DNA from: a virus
Lineage: Duplodnaviria > Heunggongvirae > Uroviricota > Caudoviricetes
IMG/VR virus record: IMGVR_UViG_2737471845_000027
Strand: one strand, 5' to 3'
Length of the DNA: 9,631 bases
The position numbers and the translations under genes were made by a program. The notes below the pieces were generated by a model. The model searched no databases and was not told where the DNA came from. It saw nothing but the letters and a program-made list of their open reading frames with translations. Shown in pieces: positions 1 to 7,467 of the stretch (position 1 is the stretch's first letter; every line of letters starts with the position of its first letter).

Positions 1-234
1 CAGAACCGCAGGGATCAGTTTCTGAATTTTTTCCCTTTGCGCTTTCGTTTCACCTTTCAACCAACGGTGATAGATATTCTGCTGATTGTTCCAGTCCTTG
101 CCTGGTACAAGGGGCAATTCGCCGCCCCCCTGGCGCAGATATTCTTCAGTAATTGCGTTAGCGACCCACGCCTGCCCTTTTTCGGCTGCCAGGGCTAACA
201 ACACTGATTCGATGTGCTCATGCCTGATTTTCAT
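1..234 (-). CDS. ydaT: YdaT-like protein (cII-analogue of Rac-type prophages), N-terminal 78 codons; gene continues off the left edge
   Basis: Reverse strand from ATG at 234..232 translates MKIRHEHIESVLLALAAEKGQAWVANAITEEYLRQGGGELPLVPGKDWNNQQNIYHRWLKGETKAQREKIQKLIPAVL, which I recognise as the YdaT N-terminus. AGGAG lies about 9 nt upstream on the minus strand. Not in the ORF track because it is truncated. Confidence 0.75.
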   Translation of the reverse strand, partial: MKIRHEHIESVLLALAAEKGQAWVANAITEEYLRQGGGELPLVPGKDWNNQQNIYHRWLKGETKAQREKIQKLIPAVL

Positions 235-267
235 GAATCAACCGCTCCTATGCTGTTTTCGCTATGC

Positions 268-477
268 TTACCGTCTGGGGGGGAATACATCGTCAAGTCC
301 ACAATGAGCGCCAAGCCGATTAAGGGTAGAAACAATTTTTCTGCACTCCTCTAGCCCAGGGGTACGAAAATTTGCTTCGTAATTTGCCAGTCGGCTTTGT
401 ATCCACCCTAACTGAACAGCGAGTTGTCTTTGAGACAGCCCAAGCTGTTTTCGATATGTTGAAATTTTGTTCATCAT
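268..477 (-). CDS. ydaS: Cro-like HTH (XRE family) regulator, YdaS-like
   Basis: 69-aa track ORF with an HTH signature (LGLSQRQLAVQLGWIQSRLANYE). AGGAGG at complement 480..485 favours the second ATG (474) as start. Divergent from the repressor gene and immediately upstream of ydaT. Confidence 0.75.
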   Translation of the reverse strand: MMNKISTYRKQLGLSQRQLAVQLGWIQSRLANYEANFRTPGLEECRKIVSTLNRLGAHCGLDDVFPPRR

Positions 478-571
478 TACCTCCTGTTTCTATTATTCAC
501 ATTTCGTGAGCGAGATCAACTACAGATACGTGAGTAACACTAATTTCACACATCGTGATAAAATCGGAGCT
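478..571. promoter_or_regulatory. Divergent ydaS / racR promoter-operator region with two copies of TCAC-N5-GTGA
   Basis: tcacatttcgtga at 497..509 and tcacacatcgtga at 546..558. Minus-strand promoter candidate: TTGATC (complement 513..518), 16-bp spacer, AATAAT (complement 491..496). Plus-strand TAAAAT at 559..564 sits 7 nt before the racR ATG. Confidence 0.5.
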
Positions 572-961
572 ATGAAAACCATTGCAGAACAAATAGGCGA
601 GCGACTAAAAGCCACTCGCCTAAATCGAGGATTAAGTATGGGAAACTTGGCAAAACTATGTGGTTGGTCAGGTTCTTCTCGTATTGCTAACTACGAAGCT
701 GGCACCAGGAGTGTGGGGGCTGAGGATGCGATCATCCTCGGCCAAGCACTAGGCATTTCCCCCGCAGAATTAATGTTCGGTGAACAGGAAAACACTTACT
801 CGTGGTTAAATGATAACCAGAAAAAAATGCTAGAACTGTTTAATCAGCTCCCAGGATCGGAACAAGCACGCATGATTGATCTGTTCGAAATCCGTCTTCA
901 AGAGCTTGATGAGTATGTGGAAAAATATCTAAGAAGCAGGCAACAGAAAAAATCCTCCTAA
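572..961 (+). CDS. racR: Prophage immunity repressor, HTH XRE family, no S24 peptidase domain (RacR-like)
   Basis: Track ORF 467..961; the first 35 codons overlap the operator-rich intergenic DNA, so I place the start at ATG 572 (MKTIAEQIGERLKATRL...). HTH at about residues 20-60. Start is uncertain. Confidence 0.8.
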   Translation: MKTIAEQIGERLKATRLNRGLSMGNLAKLCGWSGSSRIANYEAGTRSVGAEDAIILGQALGISPAELMFGEQENTYSWLNDNQKKMLELFNQLPGSEQARMIDLFEIRLQELDEYVEKYLRSRQQKKSS

Positions 962-990
962 GCCTTTAATCTCCCTCGATTCCAATCAAA

Positions 991-1021
991 AGGCTCTCGC
1001 TATTAGCGAGGGCTTTTTTTT
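991..1021 (+). terminator. Rho-independent terminator downstream of racR
   Basis: GC-rich hairpin ggctctcgc-tatta-gcgagggc followed by a run of nine T (1013..1021). Confidence 0.7.
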
Positions 1022-1047
1022 GTCCATCAAAAATCCAAAAGCAACAT

Positions 1048-1090
1048 TGCTCACATATTGAGTTGACAATTCACTCACGATGTGTGAGCA
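1048..1090. promoter_or_regulatory. Operator-like inverted repeat enclosing a TTGACA -35 hexamer, upstream of ydaF-ydaG
   Basis: Perfect 8-bp inverted repeat tgctcaca (1048..1055) / tgtgagca (1083..1090). TTGACA at 1063..1068. Inner site ctcacgatgtgtgag (1074..1088) fits TCAC-N5-GTGA. Confidence 0.35.
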
Positions 1091-1272
1091 TTTGTCATAT
1101 CCAAACAACGCCCCACCAGAGAACGGCAGGACAATACCTCGAGTTATCCAGCCACTGAACAGGGCTAAGTAGCCAGCCTGAGGCATACGAACATGACGGC
1201 AGTTGTTGATTGATACAAAGCGCAGTAGATAAAACGTTCCGCCACCCGGCGTTAAGGGGAAATGAGGTCAAC

Positions 1273-1428
1273 ATGGATACTATCGATCTTGGCAACAACG
1301 AATTTCTGGTATGTGGCGTGTTTCCCAATCAGGACGGCACATTCACCGCCATGACGTATACCAAAAGCAAAACGTTTAAAACCGAAGCTGGCGCACGTCG
1401 CTGGTTGGAAAGAAATTCAGGTGAGTGA
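1273..1428 (+). CDS. ydaF: Small Rac-prophage protein, 51 aa (YdaF-like)
   Basis: Internal ATG of track ORF 1210..1428 preceded by GAGGT (1265..1269). Product MDTIDLGNNEFLVCGVFPNQDGTFTAMTYTKSKTFKTEAGARRWLERNSGE. The ydaF versus ydaG name is assigned by size and could be swapped. Confidence 0.7.
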   Translation: MDTIDLGNNEFLVCGVFPNQDGTFTAMTYTKSKTFKTEAGARRWLERNSGE

Positions 1429-1429
1429 T

Positions 1430-1558
1430 ATGGATTTCGACACAGTCATGGAAAAGGCTTACGAAGAATACTTCGAAGGCCTTGCCGAAGGCGAAGAAGC
1501 TCTCAGCTTCAGCGAATTTAAACAGGCGCTTTCCAGTTCGGCAAAAGCTAACAACTGA
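1430..1558 (+). CDS. ydaG: Small acidic Rac-prophage protein, 42 aa (YdaG-like)
   Basis: ATG at 1430 lies 1 nt after the ydaF stop, suggesting translational coupling. Product MDFDTVMEKAYEEYFEGLAEGEEALSFSEFKQALSSSAKANN. Too short for the ORF track; the overlapping 86-aa track ORF 1425..1685 is in a different frame. Confidence 0.65.
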   Translation: MDFDTVMEKAYEEYFEGLAEGEEALSFSEFKQALSSSAKANN

Positions 1559-1573
1559 GAAGTTTATGATGGA

Positions 1574-1648
1574 ATTGAGAGTTTGTTTCAAACTCTCAAT
1601 AAACCAGAGGCAGGTAAGGGGCGTTAAATTATTGCTTGAGAGCAATAA
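1574..1648. terminator. Two AT-rich hairpins between convergent ydaG and sieB; possible non-canonical terminators
   Basis: 12-bp stem at 1574..1600 (attgagagtttg / caaactctcaat, 3-nt loop) and 8-bp stem at 1629..1648 (ttattgct / agcaataa). Neither has a flanking T-run. Confidence 0.3.
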
Positions 1649-1650
1649 GA

Positions 1651-2184
1651 TCACTCAATCTCACCGCTATAGGCATTCCATCTGAGCATGAGGGCACGCC
1701 AGAAAATATCGTTTATGTGCAAAACGCAGTATGGATTTTCGTCGGGAAGGAGTTGCCCTTCCATGGGGAGCAAAATATTAGCAGATACCAGTTTTTTTAT
1801 ATCAGAATCATTGCGTACAGCATGGATCACAGGATAGTTCCTCGATAATGCCGTAATAAGAATTTTTTTCTGACCCGCAGTCAAGGAATCGATAACTGCA
1901 TTGATATGACTGATTATTTTTTGTTCTCTTGTATTGTTCCGGTGACTTCGCCAGATCTTACGAAGAAATAAAGCTAAACGTTGGAGATTTATAGCCAGCA
2001 CAAAAGAAAAGGCAAAAACGAATACCGGGTAAATATAAGGAATGCTGATTTTGTCTTGAACATACTCCGGCACAGAATCAGGCATAAAGAGCAATATCAA
2101 AACAAAGATAATAAGCATATACATAAGGCGCTCTAAGGGTTCGTTACTGAATAACTTGCTCAACAAGCCGAATACATCAGGCAT
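1651..2184 (-). CDS. sieB: Superinfection exclusion protein B (membrane protein)
   Basis: 177-aa track ORF with a hydrophobic N-terminal region (MLIIFVLILLFM...VFVFAFSFVLAINL) that I recognise as SieB. Opposite strand to the early-left operon. Start could be an internal Met (residue 21 or 23). Confidence 0.85.
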   Translation of the reverse strand: MPDVFGLLSKLFSNEPLERLMYMLIIFVLILLFMPDSVPEYVQDKISIPYIYPVFVFAFSFVLAINLQRLALFLRKIWRSHRNNTREQKIISHINAVIDSLTAGQKKILITALSRNYPVIHAVRNDSDIKKLVSANILLPMEGQLLPDENPYCVLHINDIFWRALMLRWNAYSGEIE

Positions 2185-2719
2185 ATTAATAACTCTCTAC
2201 TGTAAGGGTATTAAAATGCTATCACAAACTCTCGCTGTAGGGGTATAGCCGAGACCACCGAGCCTGAAGTGGTAAAAAGACAGGCACACAACACGAAAGC
2301 GCACGGCGAGGCTGTTAGTTCATAAATGGTCTGTCGTTAAATTTACGTCGACCGTGCGCTTCCGGTTGTGGCACTCCGCGAAATGGCGCGGTGGTAAGTA
2401 TGGCGGGGTTATTCATTCCCAGTTGAGGACACCGGGTTGTCAGGTTGACCATACGCTTAAGTGACAACCCCGCTGCAACGCCCTCTGTTATCAATTTTTT
2501 GGTGACGTTTGGCGGTATCAGTTTTACTCCGTGACTGCCCTGCCGCCCCTTTTTAAAGTGAATTTTGTGATGTGGTGAATGCGGCTAAGCGCACGCGGAA
2601 CAGTTAAAAGCATCAGTGTTATGGGTGGATTATCCGGCGTTAATTGTTAACTGGTTAACGTCACCTGGAGGCACCAGGCACCGCATCAACAAAGTTCATT
2701 TGTAAAAATGGAGATAATT
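2185..2719. promoter_or_regulatory. 535-bp non-coding region between divergent sieB and kilR (pL-equivalent position)
   Basis: No ORF longer than about 33 codons on either strand. GC-rich core at roughly 2280..2600. 9-bp inverted repeat gggttgtca (2434..2442) / tgacaaccc (2462..2470). Weak stem then ccccttttt at 2511..2554. Candidate sieB promoter on the minus strand near 2200..2240. Confidence 0.4.
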
Positions 2720-2941
2720 ATGATTGCACATCACTTCGGAACTGATGAAATACCACGTCAGTGTGTGACTCCTGGTGATTATGTTCTTCATGAAGGCCGG
2801 ACATATATCGCCTCGGCAAACAATATTAAAAAGCGAAAACTTTATATTCGTAACCTGACTACAAAAACATGCATTTCTGACTGCATGATTAAAGTCTTCC
2901 TCGGTCGTGATGGTTTACCTGTAAAGGCGGAGTCATGGTGA
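2720..2941 (+). CDS. kilR: KilR, Rac prophage killing protein (cell division inhibitor)
   Basis: Track ORF 2708..2941; GGAG at 2710..2713 is 6 nt before ATG 2720. 73-aa product [16 protein letters not shown]... recognised as KilR. Confidence 0.85.
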   Translation: MIAHHFGTDEIPRQCVTPGDYVLHEGRTYIASANNIKKRKLYIRNLTTKTCISDCMIKVFLGRDGLPVKAESW

Positions 2942-3111
2942 TGACTAAGAAAATAAAATGTGCTTACCACCTTTGCAATAAAGGAATTGAAGAAAGCAAA
3001 AGCATTAAAAGACCACTTCATTTCATGCGTGGAGTTATCCCAACGACGGAAATGAAAAAATATTGTAGTGAAAATTGTGCCGAAAAAGACCAGATGGCAC
3101 ACGAACTTTAA
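2941..3111 (+). CDS. ydaE: YdaE-like small Cys-rich protein, 56 aa
   Basis: ATG 2941 overlaps the kilR stop (TGATG). Product [56 protein letters not shown] with two Cys pairs. Too short for the ORF track. Confidence 0.75.
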   Translation: MTKKIKCAYHLCNKGIEESKSIKRPLHFMRGVIPTTEMKKYCSENCAEKDQMAHEL

Positions 3112-3184
3112 TTAACTGACTATGCGAAACTGAATTTATGCCAGCAATGGCAGGGATTCGCTCAACCTTAATTAAGGAGAAAAA

Positions 3185-3430
3185 ATGATTACCAATTATG
3201 AAGTCACTGTTGTAACTACCGATGACATTGTTCACGAGGTTAATCTGGAAGGAAAGCGTATTGGCTACGTGATTAAAACAGAAAATAAAGAAACCCCATT
3301 CACTGTGGTTGATATTGACGGCCCATCAGGCAACGTAAAAACACTTGATGAAGGTGTCACAAAAATGAGTCTGGTTCACATCGGAAAGAATCTGCCCGCA
3401 GAAAAAAAGCCGGATTTCTGGCAACTCTGA
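3185..3430 (+). CDS. racC: RacC-like protein
   Basis: 81-aa track ORF with AAGGAG 6 nt upstream; sequence recognised as RacC, directly upstream of recE. Confidence 0.8.
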   Translation: MITNYEVTVVTTDDIVHEVNLEGKRIGYVIKTENKETPFTVVDIDGPSGNVKTLDEGVTKMSLVHIGKNLPAEKKPDFWQL

Positions 3431-3455
3431 TTGCAATGAAATTAAAAGGTGAAAT

Positions 3456-3487
3456 CTGAAAAAAGAAAGCCTGCACAACGTGCAGGC
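3456..3487 (-). terminator. Minus-strand rho-independent terminator in the racC-recE intergenic region
   Basis: Perfect hairpin gcctgcac-aac-gtgcaggc (3469..3487). On the minus strand it is followed by TTTCTTTTTTC (complement of 3458..3468). No T-run on the plus strand. Confidence 0.45.
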
Positions 3488-3557
3488 CTGAGTGAAGAAC
3501 CTGGGACATTTATTCATCACTCGCAGTAATTTTAATCTGAGTTGAGGTTAAAAAACA

Positions 3558-6209
3558 ATGAGCACAAAACCACTCTTCCTTTTACGGAAAGCGAAAAAAT
3601 CATCCGGTGAACCTGACGTCGTCCTGTGGGCAAGCGACGATTTTGAATCAACCTGTGCCACTCTGGACTACCTGATCGTTAAGTCAGGTAAAAAACTGAG
3701 CAACTATTTTAAAGCTGTTGCCACAAATTTTCCTGTCGTTAATGACCTTCCCCCTGAAGGTGAGATCGATTTTACCTGGAGTGAACGCTATCAACTCAGC
3801 AAAGACTCCATGACCTGGGAACTAAAACCGGGAGCAGCGCCAGACGACGTTCACCATCAGGAGGATGCACCGGAAACCGAAGAACCGACGGGAGGCCAGG
3901 AAGAAAACGCGCAGGCAGACGCCCACGAGGATTGCCAGGATTGCGAAGTCTCTGTAGCCACTTTGCGGTTCACACAGCGTCTTCTGCACATTTTTACGTA
4001 TGCAGCCGGGGATCGAAAATACCTGCATCATGCCACCCGTGAACAACGCAAACACATTACTGCTCTTGAGATGGATCAGGAAAACAGCTATGTCCAGAAT
4101 CTGCTGTTGGCCATACGCAGCATGGCAGAACCGACAACTCTGGATAATGCCGCCCTGCTCCGCCTGACTGATGCAATTAAGGCAGTGTTCTCTATCACGA
4201 AAAAACATCAGCCCTATGAATTTAAGAATTTCATTTCAGCCTGGCTGGATACCGAACACATTGATCGCGGTCTTCTGACAAAGGAATGGCGAAAAGGGAA
4301 TCGTGTTTCACGCATCACTCGCACGGCTTCCGGTGCTAATGCTGGCGGCGGGAACCTCACCGATCGCGGCGAAGGTTTCGTCCACGATCTGACGTCACTG
4401 GCGCGCGATGTAGCCACTGGCGTACTGGCCCGTTCAATGGACGTGGACATCTATAACCTTCATCCGGCACACGCTAAACGCATTGAGGAAATTATCGCTG
4501 AAAATAAACCACCCTTTTCTGTTTTCCGCGACAAATTCATCACCATGCCTGGCGGGCTGGATTATTCCCGCGCCATCGTGGTTGCGTCCGTGAAAGAAGC
4601 ACCAATTGGGATCGAGGTCATCCCCGCACACGTCACTGAATATCTGAACAAAGTACTGACTGAAACCGATCATGCCAACCCTGATCCGGAAATCGTGGAT
4701 ATTGCCTGCGGTCGCTCCTCGGCCCCGATGCCGCAGCGAGTAACAGAAGAAGGAAAACAGGACGATGAAGAAAAACCACAACCATCTGGCGCAATGGCAG
4801 ATGAACAGGCAACGGCTGAAACAGTGGAACCGAATGCAACTGAACATCATCAGAACACGCAGCCGCTGGATGCTCAGTCACAGGTAAATTCTGTTGATGC
4901 GAAATATCAGGAACTGCGGGCAGAACTCCATGAAGCCCGGAAAAACATTCCATCAAAAAATCCTGTCGATGCCGATAAATTGCTTGCTGCATCACGTGGT
5001 GAATTTGTTGACGGAATTAGCGACCCGAACGATCCGAAATGGGTTAAGGGGATCCAGACTCGCGATTCTGTGTACCAGAACCAGCCAGAAACGGAAAAAA
5101 TCAGCCCGGATGCGAAACAACCTGAGCCAGTAGTGCAACAGGAACCGGAAATAGTCTGCAATGCCTGCGGTCAGACTGGCGGGGATAACTGCCCTGACTG
5201 TGGTGCGGTGATGGGCGACGCAACATACCAGGAAACATTCGGTGAAGAGAATCAGGTTGAAGCTAAGGAAAAAGATCCGGAGGAAATGGAAGGCGCTGAA
5301 CATCCGCACAATGAGAATGCTGGCAGCGATCCGCATCGCGATTGCAGTGATGAAACTGGCGAAGTCGCAGATCCCGTAATCGTAGAAGACATAGAGCCAG
5401 GTATTTATTACGGAATTTCGAATGAGAATTACCACGCGGGTCCCGGTGTCAGTAAGTCTCAGCTCGATGACATTGCTGATACTCCGGCACTGTATTTGTG
5501 GCGTAAAAATGCCCCCGTGGACACTACAAAGACAAAAACGCTCGATTTAGGAACCGCTTTCCACTGCCGGGTACTTGAACCGGAAGAATTCAGTAACCGC
5601 TTTATCGTAGCACCTGAATTTAACCGCCGTACAAACGCCGGAAAAGAAGAAGAGAAAGCGTTTCTGATGGAATGCGCAAGCACAGGAAAAACGGTTATCA
5701 CTGCGGAAGAAGGCCGGAAAATTGAACTCATGTATCAAAGCGTTATGGCTTTGCCGCTGGGGCAATGGCTTGTTGAAAGCGCCGGACACGCTGAATCATC
5801 AATTTACTGGGAAGATCCGGAAACAGGAATTTTGTGTCGGTGCCGTCCGGACAAAATTATTCCTGAATTTCACTGGATCATGGACGTGAAAACCACAGCG
5901 GATATTCAACGATTCAAAACGGCTTATTACGACTACCGCTATCACGTTCAGGATGCATTCTACAGTGACGGTTATGAAGCACAGTTTGGTGTGCAACCAA
6001 CTTTCGTTTTTCTGGTTGCCAGCACAACTGTTGAATGCGGACGTTATCCGGTTGAGATTTTCATGATGGGCGAAGAAGCAAAACTGGCAGGCCAGCAGGA
6101 ATATCACCGCAATCTGCGGACCCTGGCTGACTGCCTAAATACCGATGAATGGCCAGCTATTAAGACGTTATCACTGCCCCGCTGGGCTAAGGAGTATGCA
6201 AATGACTAA
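3558..6209 (+). CDS. recE: Exodeoxyribonuclease VIII (RecE)
   Basis: 883-aa ORF with GAGGT RBS. N-terminus [26 protein letters not shown] and C-terminal nuclease region ([13 protein letters not shown]...) recognised as RecE. Internal Cys4 motif [15 protein letters not shown]. Confidence 0.95.
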   Translation: MSTKPLFLLRKAKKSSGEPDVVLWASDDFESTCATLDYLIVKSGKKLSNYFKAVATNFPVVNDLPPEGEIDFTWSERYQLSKDSMTWELKPGAAPDDVHHQEDAPETEEPTGGQEENAQADAHEDCQDCEVSVATLRFTQRLLHIFTYAAGDRKYLHHATREQRKHITALEMDQENSYVQNLLLAIRSMAEPTTLDNAALLRLTDAIKAVFSITKKHQPYEFKNFISAWLDTEHIDRGLLTKEWRKGNRVSRITRTASGANAGGGNLTDRGEGFVHDLTSLARDVATGVLARSMDVDIYNLHPAHAKRIEEIIAENKPPFSVFRDKFITMPGGLDYSRAIVVASVKEAPIGIEVIPAHVTEYLNKVLTETDHANPDPEIVDIACGRSSAPMPQRVTEEGKQDDEEKPQPSGAMADEQATAETVEPNATEHHQNTQPLDAQSQVNSVDAKYQELRAELHEARKNIPSKNPVDADKLLAASRGEFVDGISDPNDPKWVKGIQTRDSVYQNQPETEKISPDAKQPEPVVQQEPEIVCNACGQTGGDNCPDCGAVMGDATYQETFGEENQVEAKEKDPEEMEGAEHPHNENAGSDPHRDCSDETGEVADPVIVEDIEPGIYYGISNENYHAGPGVSKSQLDDIADTPALYLWRKNAPVDTTKTKTLDLGTAFHCRVLEPEEFSNRFIVAPEFNRRTNAGKEEEKAFLMECASTGKTVITAEEGRKIELMYQSVMALPLGQWLVESAGHAESSIYWEDPETGILCRCRPDKIIPEFHWIMDVKTTADIQRFKTAYYDYRYHVQDAFYSDGYEAQFGVQPTFVFLVASTTVECGRYPVEIFMMGEEAKLAGQQEYHRNLRTLADCLNTDEWPAIKTLSLPRWAKEYAND

Positions 6210-7035
6210 GCAACCACCTATCGCAAAAGCCGATCTGCAAAAAACTCAGGGAAACCGTGCACCAGCAGCAGTTAACGATAAGGATGTGCTGTGCGTGATT
6301 AACAGCCCGGCAATGAAAGCGCAACTGGCAGCAGCTCTGCCACGTCACATGACAGCGGAACGCATGATCCGCATTGCTACAACAGAAATCCGTAAAGTAC
6401 CGGAACTAAGAAACTGTGACTCGACGAGTTTTATCGGTGCCATCGTACAGTGTTCACAGCTCGGACTTGAGCCAGGTAGCGCCCTCGGTCATGCATATCT
6501 GCTACCGTTCGGCAACGGAAAAGCAAAAAACGGTAAGAAGAACGTACAGCTGATCATCGGTTATCGCGGCATGATCGACCTTGCCCGTCGATCAGGTCAA
6601 ATCATCAGTCTGTCAGCTCGTGTTGTCCGTGAATGTGATGAATTCAGCTATGAACTTGGCCTTGATGAAAAACTGGTTCATCGTCCCGGTGAAAACGAAG
6701 ATGCCCCTATAACCCATGTCTATGCTGTTGCAAAACTGAAAGACGGAGGAGTGCAGTTTGAAGTCATGACCCGCAAACAGGTAGAAAAAGTTCGCGACAC
6801 ACACAGCAAGGCGGCAAAAAACGCAGCGTCAAAAGGGGCGTCGTCCATCTGGGATGAACACTTTGAAGACATGGCCAAAAAGACAGTGATACGAAAACTG
6901 TTCAAGTATCTGCCGGTATCTATTGAAATCCAGCGTGCAGTATCGATGGATGGAAAAGAGGTGGAAACAATTAATCCAGACGACATATCGGTTATAGCCG
7001 GGGAATACAGTGTAATCGATAATCCAGAAGAATAA
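6202..7035 (+). CDS. recT: Recombinase RecT (single-strand annealing protein)
   Basis: Track ORF 6145..7035; true start taken as ATG 6202 ([23 protein letters not shown]...) with AAGGAG at 6188..6193. Overlaps the recE stop by 8 nt. Confidence 0.9.
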   Translation: MTKQPPIAKADLQKTQGNRAPAAVNDKDVLCVINSPAMKAQLAAALPRHMTAERMIRIATTEIRKVPELRNCDSTSFIGAIVQCSQLGLEPGSALGHAYLLPFGNGKAKNGKKNVQLIIGYRGMIDLARRSGQIISLSARVVRECDEFSYELGLDEKLVHRPGENEDAPITHVYAVAKLKDGGVQFEVMTRKQVEKVRDTHSKAAKNAASKGASSIWDEHFEDMAKKTVIRKLFKYLPVSIEIQRAVSMDGKEVETINPDDISVIAGEYSVIDNPEE

Positions 7036-7079
7036 TCCAGCCTGGCGGTGTAATGCACCGCCAACGTGAGATAGTTTTT

Positions 7080-7286
7080 ATGACAAAAACTTTGAGATAT
7101 GACGATGTTAAACCATGTCCGTTTTGTGGTTGTCCATCAGTAACGGTGAAAGACATTTCAGGATATTACCGGGCAAAATGCAACGGATGCGAATCCCGAA
7201 CTGGCTATGGTGGAAGTGAAAAAGAAGCGCTCGAAAGATGGAATAAACGAACCACTGAAAATATTAATGGAGGCGTTCATGTATAA
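7080..7286 (+). CDS. ralR: RalR / Lar (restriction alleviation protein; type I toxin DNase)
   Basis: Internal ATG of track ORF 7053..7286. 68-aa product MTKTLRYDDVKPCPFCGCPSVTVKDISGYYRAKCNGCESRTGYGG... with two Cys pairs, recognised as RalR. Confidence 0.85.
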   Translation: MTKTLRYDDVKPCPFCGCPSVTVKDISGYYRAKCNGCESRTGYGGSEKEALERWNKRTTENINGGVHV

Positions 7287-7467
7287 AATTACCGCTACAA
7301 TTGAAAAGGAAGGTGGCACTCCTACTAACTGGACAAGATATTCAAAATCTAAACTAACGAAATCAGAATGCGAAAAAATGCTCTCAGGTAAAAAAGAAGC
7401 AGGCGTTTCCAGAGAGCAGAAAGTAAAACTGATAAATTTTAATTGCGAGAAACTTCTGTCCTCGTGA
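7279..7467 (+). CDS. ydaC: YdaC-like small protein
   Basis: Track ORF 7207..7467; GGAGG at 7270..7274 is 4 nt before ATG 7279 (MYKITATIEKEGGTPTNWTRYSKSK...). Overlaps the ralR stop by 8 nt. Start could instead be ATG 7267. Confidence 0.65.
   Translation: MYKITATIEKEGGTPTNWTRYSKSKLTKSECEKMLSGKKEAGVSREQKVKLINFNCEKLLSS

Noticed and set aside
86-307. 73-aa plus-strand track ORF
   Set aside because: Lies antisense across the ydaT start and ydaS 3' end, with no RBS and a low-complexity sequence.
467-571. N-terminal 35 codons of the 164-aa racR track ORF
   Set aside because: This stretch holds the operator repeats and divergent promoter elements; the ATG at 572 is the more plausible start.
986-1328. 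Two minus-strand track ORFs (66 and 77 aa) in the racR-ydaF intergenic region
   Set aside because: They read through the racR terminator hairpin and overlap the ydaF start, and have no RBS.
1425-1848. Plus-strand track ORFs 1425..1685 (86 aa) and 1636..1848 (70 aa)
   Set aside because: The first needs a GTG start overlapping the ydaF stop and runs out of frame through ydaG; the second is antisense inside sieB.
2185-2719. Possible tRNA, small protein gene or lambda-like nut site in the sieB-kilR gap
   Set aside because: No T-psi-C-like GTTCGAATC motif or cloverleaf, longest ORF 33 codons without an RBS, and no recognisable boxA/boxB.
2842-3520. Minus-strand track ORFs 2842..3102, 3035..3235 and 3326..3520
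   Set aside because: They are antisense to kilR, ydaE and racC, which have RBSs and recognisable products; the last reads through the 3469..3487 hairpin.
3822-6107. Eight minus-strand and one plus-strand overlapping track ORFs inside recE (up to 147 aa)
   Set aside because: All are embedded in the long, confidently identified recE frame, with no RBS and low-complexity products.
6145-6201. N-terminal 19-codon extension of the recT track ORF
   Set aside because: Overlaps the recE 3' end; the internal ATG at 6202 has a strong AAGGAG RBS.
6613-7064. Minus-strand track ORFs 6613..6804 and 6720..7064
   Set aside because: Antisense inside recT, with no start context.
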